Positions 19,610 to 29,991 of a DNA stretch of 64,000 nt are shown here, piece by piece. Each line of letters opens with the position of its first letter. The first letter of the stretch is position 1. A program made the position numbers and the translations under genes. A model generated the notes under the pieces. That model was given only the letters and a program-made list of their open reading frames with translations. It did not search any database and was not told where the DNA came from. The DNA is taken from positions 1,376,001 through 1,440,000 of the forward strand of contig OZ244653.1 in the NCBI GenBank assembly GCA_965218795.1. Direction: 5' to 3'. This stretch comes from a bacterium (lineage in GTDB: Bacteria; UBA8248; JACPRG01; G963555815).

Positions 19610-20686
19610 TTGTCTGCGCTTCCTCAAACCATGAAGGCCGCCGTGACGCGCGGCGCGAATGATATCAAGGTAGAGGACGTTCCACTTCCGGAATACGAGC
19701 CCAACGACGTGTTGGTCCGCGTGGAAGCATGCGGGATCTGCGGGACCGATCTCCATATCCTCTCGGGTCACATGCGTCCCATGTGGCCCCCGCATTACCC
19801 GTTTATCCAAGGACACGAATGGTGCGGCGAGGTCGTCGCATTAGGGAAGAACGTCACGAGGGACCTTAAGCTGGGCGACAGGGTCATCGTGGAACCGACC
19901 ATCGGCTGCTACCAGTGCACGCGCTGCATCCGGGGCGACTACCACCTTTGCGAGACGGCTGAAAAGGCCGTCGAGGGCGGCTACCGGCTGCTGGGCCATA
20001 CATTCAACGGCGCGTTCAGCGAATACGGCGTCGCGCCGCCGAGAAACCTCCACCGGGTCCCCGATGCAATGGGTTGGCAGGAGGGGGTCATTGTCAACCA
20101 GGTGGTCATCGCCATGCACGCTCTCGACCGGGGCAACCGCGTGGCACCCGCCGACAAGGTCGCCATTACCGGCCCGGGACTCCTCGGTCTCTGCGTCATG
20201 GGACTGGCCAAGCACTATGGAGCGTCCAAAATCTACATCACCGGACGGGGTCCGAGACTGGAGGTCGCCAAAGAACTGGGGGCCGAGGTTGCCATCGACA
20301 TCACCAAGGATGATCCCATACAGGTGGTCATGGACGACACGGACGGTATCGGAGCGGACCTCGTGGTGGAGTGCGCCGGCGCGCCCGAGGCGGTCGGGCA
20401 CGCCATCGGGATGGTGAAACGCGGCGGACGCGTCGTCATGGAAGGGCTCAACGGGGGTCAGGAGATCCCCATCAAGACGGACCGGATCGTCCTGGATGAA
20501 ATCAGCCTGCTCGGAGCCCGGGGCTCGCCCAACTGCTATCCTCCTGCGATTCAGATCGTCGCGGACGGGGCGGTGAACGCGCGGCGCATGCTCACGCACG
20601 AATACCCTCTGTCCGAGATCAACGAGGCGATGGAAATGTTCGAAAAGCGTAAAGGGAATCCCCTTCGCGTGGCCATCAAGCCGTAA
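19610..20686 (+). CDS. Zn-dependent medium-chain alcohol/polyol dehydrogenase
   Basis: CGICGTD, GHE, C..C..C.......C, GPGLLG; RBS GGAGGAG (TTG start, or ATG at 19631). Confidence 0.93.
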   Translation: MSALPQTMKAAVTRGANDIKVEDVPLPEYEPNDVLVRVEACGICGTDLHILSGHMRPMWPPHYPFIQGHEWCGEVVALGKNVTRDLKLGDRVIVEPTIGCYQCTRCIRGDYHLCETAEKAVEGGYRLLGHTFNGAFSEYGVAPPRNLHRVPDAMGWQEGVIVNQVVIAMHALDRGNRVAPADKVAITGPGLLGLCVMGLAKHYGASKIYITGRGPRLEVAKELGAEVAIDITKDDPIQVVMDDTDGIGADLVVECAGAPEAVGHAIGMVKRGGRVVMEGLNGGQEIPIKTDRIVLDEISLLGARGSPNCYPPAIQIVADGAVNARRMLTHEYPLSEINEAMEMFEKRKGNPLRVAIKP

Positions 20687-20725
20687 ACCGATACGCATCA
20701 TGTTGGTCCATTGAGACCACAGATG

Positions 20726-20760
20726 CCCCCTCCCCAACCCTCTCCCTCAAGGGGGGAGGG
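20726..20760. repeat. Box/REP-like palindrome
   Basis: CCCCCTCCCCAACCCTCTCCC-TCAA-GGGGGGAGGG. Confidence 0.5.
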
Positions 20761-20770
20761 AGAACAAAGG

Positions 20771-20803
20771 GGCGGCTCGAACGAACTCGGGCCGCCTTTT
20801 TTT
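20771..20803 (+). terminator. Rho-independent terminator
   Basis: GGCGGCTCGA-ACGAAC-TCGGGCCGCC followed by T7. Confidence 0.85.
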
Positions 20804-21057
20804 GCAATCATCCAAATTCTTTCGGATTTCCGCTGTCTGATCTCAACATCAAGCGATCCCCTCCGAAACAGATGACGGCGAACAGGGCGAACAGAAGGGT
20901 CCGTCGATTAGGAAATTACCGATATTACAGGCCCCTCTCGGTCAATCCGGAGGGGATGGAGCTGCGCTTTCGCCTGCCTCGGAACATGTGAACACCAGCC
21001 AGGGGCTGCAAGAGATATCCTCTTCCTTCCGCCGGATTCGCCTGAGATGATCCCTCC

Positions 21058-21690
21058 CTAACGCTGCAGTATCTCAAGCGTCCCCAGGATGCCGCGGCCG
21101 TCATGCCCCCTACGGCGAGCACGCTCGCGCCAATCACTCCCGCCGCCAGCCCTGAACAAGGGGCCGGGAGCACAGGTGAAATCCGCCACCCGCCGACGAG
21201 ATACAACTTTCCGTTGATGGCCGCCATCGCGCCCCCGTAGCGATCCGTATTGCCGCTGTCTGCACGGGGAATTGCGGGGAGACGCCCCCACGCGCGCTTC
21301 ACTAAATCGTAAACCTCGAAGACGAAAAGGTCTTTTCTTCCGCCAAACCCGCCGGCGACATAAAGCCCCCCTACCGAGGACCGCTGTCATGGACGTCGAG
21401 CGGGGCGTCGGCATCGGCGGCCCGGGTTTCCATCCTCATTGCGACCGGTACAACCGCAGGTGAACTCCCGGCTCCCGGCTGACTGTTGAGCCGGCGGAAG
21501 GGCGCTGGGATGAAACATGGTCGTGAAGGGGCGGTTCGTGGTTGACACCGGCTGTTCCAAGGGGGGCACGGCCTCCACAGAATGGGAATTCATGGCCGAA
21601 ATGGCCCTCGCAATCTCGCCCACCGCAAACTACTCATTCGAGATCGCCTCCAAGGGCCTTGGATTTGATAGAATAAGCACTCCATTGTTG
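21058..21690 (-). pseudogene. Eroded Kelch-repeat protein gene
   Basis: Fragments FEVYDLVKRAWGRLPAIP, GAMAAINGKLYLVGG, GLAAGVIGASVLAVGG with stops and frameshifts; limits approximate. Confidence 0.6.
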
Positions 21691-21841
21691 CATTCTGCGC
21701 CCTTGAGTTTGAATTTACGCTCGGGAAGAGCGTTTTCCGGTCGGGTCGTTTTAACATGATGGGGGCAGCAATCAGGGTCTTTCGCCGCATGATTCGTTAA
21801 AGCGCGGCTTCATTGATCCGTGGACCAGTGAAGGAGATATC

Positions 21842-23227
21842 ATGAACCAGGACCTGCGGAGCTTCGTCAGAGAGTTTGAAGACCGGTCCCCCGAGGATGT
21901 GATCCGGGTCAGCGAACCCGTCGACTTGGAGTACGACATCATGGCCCTGGTCCTCGAATATGAACGCCGCAAACAATTTCCCATCCTCTTCTTTGACAAC
22001 GTCCGCGGACACGAAGTCCCCATTATCTGTAACCTCGTGGCGGGGCGTCGCTCGCTGGCCAGGGCACTGGAAGTGCCGGAAGAGGAATTGGCCGAGGCGT
22101 ATTCCACCCGCCTGAAAAACTATATCGACCCCGTCCTGGCGGAAGATCCGCCTTTTCGCGAGGTCGTGCAAGAGAGTGATGAGGCGGACCTGGGCCGCCT
22201 TCCCATCCCCACGTACTTCCCCGGCGATGGAGGTCCCTACCTGACGGCGGGAATGCTCGTCGCCAAACACCCGGAAACGGGTGTCGTGACGGAAGGCTAC
22301 CACCGGTTTCAGGTCAAAGGACCGCGTAAAATGGGCTGCAGTCTCCACTCCCGGAGACGAATGTTCGAATACCTCCGTCTCTACGAAGAGCGGGGAGAGA
22401 ACATGCCGGCGGCCATCTGCCTGGGCCTGCATCCTATCGTGGCCATGGGGTCGCTATCCTATCCTCCCCCCGAAGTGAGCAAATTTCAGGCCGTTGGGGG
22501 TCTATTTGGCGAACCGATGGAAATCGCCAAGTGTTCCACAATCGATCTGCACGTGCCCGCGTGGTCGGAAATCGTCATTGAGGGCGAGTTTTTAGCCGGT
22601 GTTCGGGAGCCGGAGGGGCCATTCGGCGAATTTACCGGCTACTTTTCCGCCCGCAGCACGGAAAACGTCTTTCGGGTGACCGCCATTTGCATGCGGGAGG
22701 ATGCTTGGTTTCAGAGCATCGCCTCGGGCATGGCCGGGGATCATCTCACCACCGTCGGCTGCTTGCGGGAAATGGAGGTCCGAAACGCGCTGAAAAAAAC
22801 CATCCCCGGTGTCAAGGATGTGCATTTGCCCAATTCGGGCTGCGCGGCATTTACGGCGTTTATTTCTATGCGCCAGACACGGCCGGGTGAGGCCAAACAC
22901 GCCATCAACATCGCTTTTGGCGTCGACCATTACCTGAAGTTCGTCGTCATCGTCGATGATGACGTGGATGTCTACAACGAGGCGGACGTCGTCTGGGCCA
23001 TGACGACCCGGGTGCAGGCAGACCGGGATTTAGTGGTCATTCAAGGCGCGTTGGGCGCGATTCTGGACCCCTCCGCCGATGAAAACGGCATCACGGCAAA
23101 GTTGGGGATGGATGCGACCAAGCCCATCGGCGACCCCTTTGCCGAGCGGTTGGTCATGGACACGGACAAAATGGCCTGGGCCCGTGAACTGGCGGACCGG
23201 CTCAGGGAAACCTCTAAAGTGGTCTGA
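21842..23227 (+). CDS. UbiD-family prFMN-dependent (de)carboxylase
   Basis: RBS AAGGAG; DLRSF, DGGPYLT, YHR, EIVIEG, EGPFGEFTGY, IVDDDVD, KLGMDATKP. Confidence 0.95.
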   Translation: MNQDLRSFVREFEDRSPEDVIRVSEPVDLEYDIMALVLEYERRKQFPILFFDNVRGHEVPIICNLVAGRRSLARALEVPEEELAEAYSTRLKNYIDPVLAEDPPFREVVQESDEADLGRLPIPTYFPGDGGPYLTAGMLVAKHPETGVVTEGYHRFQVKGPRKMGCSLHSRRRMFEYLRLYEERGENMPAAICLGLHPIVAMGSLSYPPPEVSKFQAVGGLFGEPMEIAKCSTIDLHVPAWSEIVIEGEFLAGVREPEGPFGEFTGYFSARSTENVFRVTAICMREDAWFQSIASGMAGDHLTTVGCLREMEVRNALKKTIPGVKDVHLPNSGCAAFTAFISMRQTRPGEAKHAINIAFGVDHYLKFVVIVDDDVDVYNEADVVWAMTTRVQADRDLVVIQGALGAILDPSADENGITAKLGMDATKPIGDPFAERLVMDTDKMAWARELADRLRETSKVV

Positions 23228-23455
23228 AAACAGGGTTAAAAATCCATCGCACTGTCAATGATGCGCCTGAATGCGTTCGAGTACGATAACTGTCTGTTTT
23301 CATTAGTTTATTTCTGTTATTCTCCCATCTCCTGACTCTTGCGTCCCCGTCACGTTTGTGTTCAAATACGCAGCGATTTGATGCCGTGTCGTGTGCTTTT
23401 TGATTACGGATTGTTCGCACCCTCCGGCACAGGAAACGAGTTGTCGGGAGCGACC

Positions 23456-24624
23456 ATGCCCAGAAGAAGCGAGCTCAGGATCTCCAAGCTCACCGTCGAT
23501 GCACTCACCGTCGAAGCCGAGGATGCCGTCTTCTGGGATCGGGACCTGGCGGGCTTCGGGGTGCGGGTCCATGCCACGGGCCGCAAGGTCTACGTGGTCC
23601 AGTCCCGGGGGCTGACCGGACCGAAGCGAGTGACCCTCGGGCGGCATGGGGACATGTCGACCGATGAGGCGAGGAAACGGGCGGCCGTGGTCATCGACCG
23701 CATCAAGCGGGGCGAGGACCCCGTGCCCGCGCCGCCCGAACCGGAGCTCACCGTGGCCGAACTGGTCGAACGCTTCATGCGCGTCCATGTCATGGCGCAT
23801 TGCAAGCCGAGCACCGCCGCAACGTATCGGTTCATGCTCGACAAGCACATCTTGCCGGTGTTGGGCGGGAAGGCGATCGGCGAGGTCGGACGACGGGAGA
23901 TTTCGGCGCTGCATCACCTTCTGCGTGACACGCCCAACACGGCCAACCGGGTAGTCAAGATTCTGTCGAAAATGTTCTCGCTGGCCGAGGCGTGGGAAAG
24001 AATACCGCCCGGACGGAACCCGTGCCGGTCGGTGCGCCGCTACAAGACGCGGTCGCGCGAACGATTTCTGACGCCGGAGGAGTTCCGGCGGCTGGGCCGG
24101 GTATTGCAGGAGGCGGAGGCGGACGGCTCGGTGTGGCCGCCGGCGATTGCGGCGCTTCGCCTGCTGATGCTGACCGGATGCCGGAAGAGCGAGAGCCTGA
24201 CCCTGCGTTGGGACGACGTGGACCGCACGGCGGGCGAGCTGAGGCTCAGGGACGCCAAGGCGGGTCCGCGCATGGTGCCCCTGACCGCGCCTGTGCTGGC
24301 GGTGCTCGACGGCATTCCCCGTATCGACGGCACACTCCCTGGGTGCTTGCCGGACAAAGGCCGGGGACCGGTCTGACGAAGCTCGATAACTACTGGCAAT
24401 CCATCCGGGCGCTGGCCGGGCTTGATGACGTTCGGATTCACGACATCCGGCACAGCTATGCATCGAGGGCCCTGGCGCTGGGCGAGAGCCTGCCCACGAT
24501 CGGGAAGCTGCTCGGTCACAGGAAGGTGGGGACCACGGCGCGGTACGCGCACCTGATGCGGGATGCAGAGAAGGAGGCCGCGACCCGGGTGGGCGACAGC
24601 ATCGGGACCCACATCGGGCCGTAG
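23456..24624 (+). pseudogene. Tyrosine integrase with arm-binding N-domain, frameshifted near 24332
   Basis: FWD..LAGFGVRV, LTGCR, HDIRHSYAS, LLGH, RYAH; frame changes at GGCACACTCCC. Confidence 0.85.
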
Positions 24625-24656
24625 AGCACCGAGGCGGCATGAGGCTGGATCCGGAC

Positions 24657-25861
24657 ATGGCGAAGCTGGAATACAAGACACTCTCGAACCGTACGGTCGA
24701 GAAGCTGAAGGTCCAAAAGGACACTGTGTTCTGGGATCACAAGCTCACCGGCTTCGGGGTGCGGGTCTATCCCGCGGGCGGCAAGGTCTATATCGCCCAG
24801 GCCCGGGGACCGGGGGGGCCGAAGCGGGTCACGGTGGGCCGGCACGGGGTGCTCGGCGCGGAGCAGGCGCGTCAGAGGGCGGCCTTGATCATCGCCCGGG
24901 TCAAGGCGGGCGAGGAGCCGGTACCCGAGCCTATGGCGGTGAAGCTGTCCGGGGGGCCGACCGTGGGCGAGCTTGCGAGGCGGTTTCTCGAAGAGCATGC
25001 GACGGTGCGCTACAAGCCGCGTACCGCAGCGTCAACCCGCACGGTGGTGAATCGTCATATCGTGCCCGCCCTGGGCAGGCTGCCCCTGGCAACGGTCGAA
25101 CGCGCGCAGGTCACGGCTCTGCATCAACGACTGTGCGAGACGCCTTCCATTGCGAACATGGTGGTCCGCACCCTGTCGCTGATGTACAGGCTGGCCGAGG
25201 GCTGGGGACTCGTTCCGGAGGGATGCAATCCCTGCCGCTCTGTCGTCAAGTACCCCGCGCGCAAGCGGGAACGGTTCCTGACCGATGGGGAGTTCACCCG
25301 CCTGGGGCAGGTATTGGATGAGGTCGAGGCCCGGAGCGGCGCGTCGGCATCCGCGGTGACCGCTCTTCGGCTGCTCATGCTGACCGGGTGCCGGAAGAAG
25401 GAGATCCTGACCCTGCGCTGGGAGGACGTGGCGCTGGATCAGAACGAATTGAGGCTGCCCGACGCCAAGACGGGCGCAAGGGTGGGTTTCACTGTCGCCG
25501 TCGGCGGTGAAGCTTCTTTCCGGTCTGCCGCGCATGGAGGGCAACCCCTGGGTCATTCCGGGCCGGAAGCCGGGCACGCATATAAGCGCCCTCGATGATG
25601 CCTGGCAGGTCATCCGGGCGCGGGCCGGCCTGGAGGACGTCCGGATTCATGACCTGCGTCACAGCTTCGCGTCCAGGGCCCTGCCGTTGGGGGAGAGTTT
25701 GCCGGTAATCGGAAAGCTGTTGGGCCACACGCAGGTCGAGACTACGGCGCGCTATGCCCATCTGGCGCGGGACTCGGTGCAGGAGGCCGCGAACCCGTAT
25801 CGCCGACAGCATCGCGACCGACATCCTGGGCGAAGGCTGGAGGCAGGCTTTCGGTTCATGA
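24657..25861 (+). pseudogene. Second tyrosine integrase, frameshifted near 25484 and 25792
   Basis: FWD..LTGFGVRV, LTGCR, HDLRHSFAS, LLGH, RYAH; single extra bases in GTGGGTTT and GCGAACCC. Confidence 0.85.
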
Positions 25862-26393
25862 TCTTTGCCATTCGTTTCCGTCAAGGGCGCTCGACGAGAG
25901 CCTGCCGATGCTCGGCGAGCAGGCGGCGCTGAGCCACCGGGAGGCGCAGAGCTGGAGTGACCAAGCGGCCGAGGTGCGCAGCCAAGCTCAGGCCATCGAC
26001 CGGGAACTCCGTCAGCCCTTCTTCGCATGGCTGACGGAACGCCTGGGATCTTGCCGTGCCCTTGCGCCATCCTCGCGGCGGAAAGGCCGGGCTTGAAGCA
26101 GCCCGCGGGTAAAACGGGACGTGACGCTCGAATTCCGCCAGCTTGAAGCCGGTTGCGGTGCACGCCGATTGTGCGACCTGGCTCCGGCCAAGCTCTCTGA
26201 CCGTGGCCTGTCAGCCTTTCGGACGTCGCGGCCACTATCGGGTCGAGAGACTCATCAAGACCTATGAAGCCCGCGCGGGCCTGCCGGACCTGCTTCGCGC
26301 GTTTTCGGGCCGGGGCAAGTGTCATTGCTCCGTGCCCCCCCCTGGTGCCGTGTCAGGCCATGTTCGAACGACCGTGACGATGGGAGCCGGAAG

Positions 26394-27098
26394 ATGTGCG
26401 GCCGCTTTACCCAGAGCTATACCTGGCAGGAGGTGTATGCGTTTCTCAACCTGTTCGGGGAACCGCAAAACCTCGAGTCCAGATACAACATAGCGCCCAA
26501 CCAGAATGTCGCCGTGGTGCGGGCGGAAAAACAGCAGCGTCGGCTGTCGATGCTGCGCTGGGGTCTGCTGCCGGCCTGGACCAAGGACGTCAAGATGGGC
26601 GCGCGGCTGATCAACGCACGATGCGAAACCGCGCACGCGAAGCCGTCCTTTCGGGCGGCATTCAAGGCCCACCACTGCCTGGTTCCGGTCGATGGCTTTT
26701 ATGAATGGAAACGCGTGGACGGGACCAGGCAGCCCTACCGAATCCACATGCGGGACGGCGGCGTGTTCGCCTTCGCCGGACTGTGGGAGCGCTGGCGGGT
26801 CCCGGAGGGCTTGACGCTGACCGGCAATCTCGCCGACAAGCGGCCGGGAGACACGATCGAGAGTTTCACCATCCTTACGACAGCGGCGAACGAAGCTCTG
26901 GCGCCCATCCATGATCGCATGCCCGTGATTCTCGCTCCGGATGCGTTCGACGCCTGGCTTGCGGGCGACGCAATGCCGCTCGGGCCGTATTCCTCCGAGC
27001 GGATGACGGCGTATCCGGTAAGCACACATGTCAACAGCCCGCGGAACGACGATGCGCGTTGTGTGGAACCTGTGACCGCGCCGGATGCAACGACGTGA
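26394..27098 (+). CDS. SOS response-associated peptidase (SRAP / YedK-HMCES family)
   Basis: N-terminal MCGRF, RYNIAP, RWGL.P.W, INAR.ET, GFYEW, HDRMP. Confidence 0.95.
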   Translation: MCGRFTQSYTWQEVYAFLNLFGEPQNLESRYNIAPNQNVAVVRAEKQQRRLSMLRWGLLPAWTKDVKMGARLINARCETAHAKPSFRAAFKAHHCLVPVDGFYEWKRVDGTRQPYRIHMRDGGVFAFAGLWERWRVPEGLTLTGNLADKRPGDTIESFTILTTAANEALAPIHDRMPVILAPDAFDAWLAGDAMPLGPYSSERMTAYPVSTHVNSPRNDDARCVEPVTAPDATT

Positions 27099-27110
27099 TG
27101 GCATCCAGCG

Positions 27111-27490
27111 TTGAAGCTGCCCTGCCCCCTCCATGGTCCCAGCAGCCGGCAGGCGTGCCGTTCTGACAGACCCAGTTGCGAATCGCCGAAGCGGAGCACT
27201 CGAACTCGCGGGCCAACTCCCCGGGCGTGCGGCCCGCAAAGACCAGTTCGACCATCTGGCGCCGGTACGCCGGCGCGTAAGGCGGATGAGTCGTCGGCAT
27301 CTGAACACCTCCTGCGAACAGTCTGAAAGTGTCCACCGAAACGGGGCAAATCCACCGGGCGTACGGCCCGAGCGAACCAGCTCAACCATCTGGCGCCGGT
27401 ATTCCGGCGCGTAGGGTGAATGAGTTCTCGGCATCTGAACACCTCCTGCCCACAGTCTGAAGGTGTCCACAAAAACGGGGCAAATCCACA
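27111..27490 (-). mobile_element. Two nested IS3-family left ends with orfA fragments
   Basis: (TG)TGGATTTGCCCCGTTT..GTGGACAC..CAGGAGGTGTTCAG-ATG repeated 134 bp apart; peptides PY.P.YRRQMVELV..GRTP. Confidence 0.8.
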
Positions 27491-27530
27491 CAAAACCGCG
27501 CCTGGACGCGCAGTGAACCGCCCGGGGTAT

Positions 27531-28180
27531 CGGAACCTGTCAACAACTTTGGGACAGCGGCGCTTGGCATGTACTGAGCAGGCCCTGGCGTCGTAGCCGT
27601 GGCTGGCGGGTTGATCCAGACCTCTTTGGGAAAAGAGGCCGGGGTTAGGGGGTTCCGTGAACGAATCGTTTAGGGTAGCGGTTCCAGGCCGAGGCGAAGA
27701 GTGTGTTCCCGTTGTCCAACACGCTCTGTGCTCGACTGTGATGGACCTCCTTGGGGGTGAGCATCGCGCGATCCCGGCATGGCGATGCTCGTTGTTGTAC
27801 TAGGGGAAGAACGACCGGCAGAAGGCGATCGCCTCGGTGATGTCTTCGAAGCGTCCAGGGAAGCCGGGATGGTCCTTCAGGGTCTTGAACTGCGCTCGGA
27901 GAAGGAGTTGTCATCGCTGACATGTGGGCGGCTCATCAAGCGGGTCACCCCGAGGCCGGCGAGTCGTTGCACGGTACACTTGCTGGTCATGGGCGCGCCG
28001 CGGTCGGAGTGCGGGGTAAGCACCTGGGGCTTGAGCCTTGCTTGAGGCAGGTCTGTTCGATCCGCCTACCGGCGAGCGCGGCGTTCTCCCGGTCGGCGAC
28101 CATCCAGCCCACCGCTAGCGGCTGAAGATGTCGAGCACGACGTACAGGAAGAAGTACGTCCAGCGCCTCGGCACAGCAAC
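27531..28180 (-). mobile_element. IS3-family transposase orfB remnant with right end
   Basis: Fragments VGWMVADRE, HSDRGAPMTS, SRPHVSDDN, YNNEHRH, EVWINPP; end sequence TGTCCCAAAGTTGTTGACAGGTTCCG. Confidence 0.75.
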
Positions 28181-28496
28181 CGCGTGGTAATATCTCAGGA
28201 CTGAGTGAGGTGCAACGGGCCGACAGGGACTCGCCTGGATGCGCGGGCGTTGTAACGAATCCGCTTTCATTTTGATTACACACTACGCAAGGTGAGTTCC
28301 GGGCAAGAGCAGGAATAATATATATTATCCAATAATATCAATAGGATACTAGGACTTCACGGCCGATGAAAACGGCGGTATTAACTTAAGTGGTCTGAAA
28401 AGGCAGTCCATCGAGGCGAAAACGAAGGCTCCCCAATGGATCCGACAGACGCTCTTCATTCTCCGCTGCGGCATCAAACTCTGGAGGACATGAAAC

Positions 28497-28934
28497 TTGA
28501 CGGACAAAAAATCAGAAGGCAATTCCACGGGCTCCAAGCGCCCGGTCCACGCCGATGTGGGGACGGGGAATTTTCCGCCCGCGGTCGAAAGCCACGGACT
28601 CACCTTGACCGCGGCCATTGGCGGAACCGATGAGACGGGAAAGGTCATCAGCCGATTGAGCCTTGAACAGGCCCAGCGGGCCTTTGAGAACCTTCAGACA
28701 GTCCTGGAGGCGAACGGTCAGGGGATAGAGGACGTGCTGCGGTGTACCGTGTATCTCACCGACATGCGGGACATCATCTATGTCGACCGGGCGATGGAGA
28801 GAATCTTTTCGGGCACCCTCCCCGCAGTCTCAATTATACAGGTTCAGGGACTCCGGGACGAACAGAAGGTCGCCGTCGAGGCCGTCGCGGTTCGGCGCGG
28901 GGCGGAGAAAGATATCGTCGATTTTATGGGATAG
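28497..28934 (+). CDS. RidA/YjgF family protein
   Basis: EQAQRAFENL..VL, VLRCTVYLTDM, P...IIQV..L, VAVEAVA; start uncertain. Confidence 0.8.
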   Translation: MTDKKSEGNSTGSKRPVHADVGTGNFPPAVESHGLTLTAAIGGTDETGKVISRLSLEQAQRAFENLQTVLEANGQGIEDVLRCTVYLTDMRDIIYVDRAMERIFSGTLPAVSIIQVQGLRDEQKVAVEAVAVRRGAEKDIVDFMG

Positions 28935-28995
28935 GCGAGGGAGAGGCTGATTCGGACGAGGGCGGCGGGGGCCCGCCGCTCCCCGACCCGCCGGG

Positions 28996-29991
28996 CTACA
29001 GCTTACGGGCGAGAGACAGAGAAAACAGATCGTCCGGATCGGTCATCCAATCGATCATTTCGAATCCGCTCTCCTTCAATAAGACCCCCACCCTGCCTCG
29101 ATCGTATTTCGAGCTGATCTCGGTGAGAATCTCTTCCCCTTGCTGTAATTCCATCTCCAGATCGATTCCGTTCAGTCGAACGCGCTGCCGCCGGGTCGAC
29201 CGAAGACGCATTTCTATCCAATCGGTCTCTTTTGAATAGAATGCCCGATGCTCGAAGGCGCCGGGGTCGAAATCCGAATCCACCAACCCGTTCAGCACGC
29301 GAAGGATGTTCAAGTTGAATTCAGCGGTAACGCCCTGCGAGTCGTTATAGGCGGCTTCGAGGCGATTTACATCCTTGATGAGATCGGCCCCGAGCAGAAA
29401 CAACTCTCCCGGACGAAGCTTCTCGCACACCCCGGACAGTATCGATATGGCCTTAGAAGGCCGGAAATTTCCGATGGTTCCGCCGAGGAAGATCACCAGG
29501 CGGCGGCCGCCGTCCGGGACGTACTCTACATGTTGGGTGAAATCTCCCGCGACACCGTGGACCCGAAGCCCGGGGTAACCCACGGTCAGATCGACGGCCA
29601 CCCTCTGAACGAAGGATTCATTGACATCGATCGGGGCATACACGGCGAGGCGCCCGGCACGCTCCATGGCATCCAAAAGAATCCGCGTCTTCGTCGATGA
29701 ACCCGAGCCGAGCTCTACAAGGACGTCCGCGCCGCTGGCCTCCACGATTCGATCCGCATTCCGTTCGAGCAACGCCCGCTCTGTCCGGGTTGGGTAATAC
29801 TCCGGAAGCTCGCAAATGCGCTCAAAAAGAGCGGATCCCCGGTCATCGTAAAAGAACCTGGAAGAAATCTCCCGCGGAGTCTTCAAAAGGCCGGCCCGAA
29901 TCTGCGAAGCCGTATCTTCCCTTTCCAGCGGCTCGAGGACTTCTACCAGAATTCTCCGTTCGATATCGCCCTCTGGCCTGTTCGCGTTCAT
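28996..29991 (-). CDS. egtD: L-histidine N-alpha-methyltransferase
   Basis: FYDDRGSALFERICELPEYYPTRTE, ELGSGSS.KT, FLGGTIGNF, AAYNDSQGVTAEFN, TEISSK. Confidence 0.95.
   Translation of the reverse strand: MNANRPEGDIERRILVEVLEPLEREDTASQIRAGLLKTPREISSRFFYDDRGSALFERICELPEYYPTRTERALLERNADRIVEASGADVLVELGSGSSTKTRILLDAMERAGRLAVYAPIDVNESFVQRVAVDLTVGYPGLRVHGVAGDFTQHVEYVPDGGRRLVIFLGGTIGNFRPSKAISILSGVCEKLRPGELFLLGADLIKDVNRLEAAYNDSQGVTAEFNLNILRVLNGLVDSDFDPGAFEHRAFYSKETDWIEMRLRSTRRQRVRLNGIDLEMELQQGEEILTEISSKYDRGRVGVLLKESGFEMIDWMTDPDDLFSLSLARKL

Larger units (their letters stand above)
23217..28401. mobile_element. Integrative island (tandem tyrosine integrases, SRAP, IS3 debris) bounded by 14-bp direct repeats
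   Basis: AAGTGGTCTGAAAA at 23217-23230 (contains the ubiD stop codon) and at 28388-28401; the content between is mobile DNA. Confidence 0.7.

Noticed and set aside
28308-28335. Chromosomal dif site
   Set aside because: Only the central ATAA-TATATA-TTAT matches; the XerD arm (TTATGTTAAAT-like) is absent on both strands. Kept only as a weak att-region motif.
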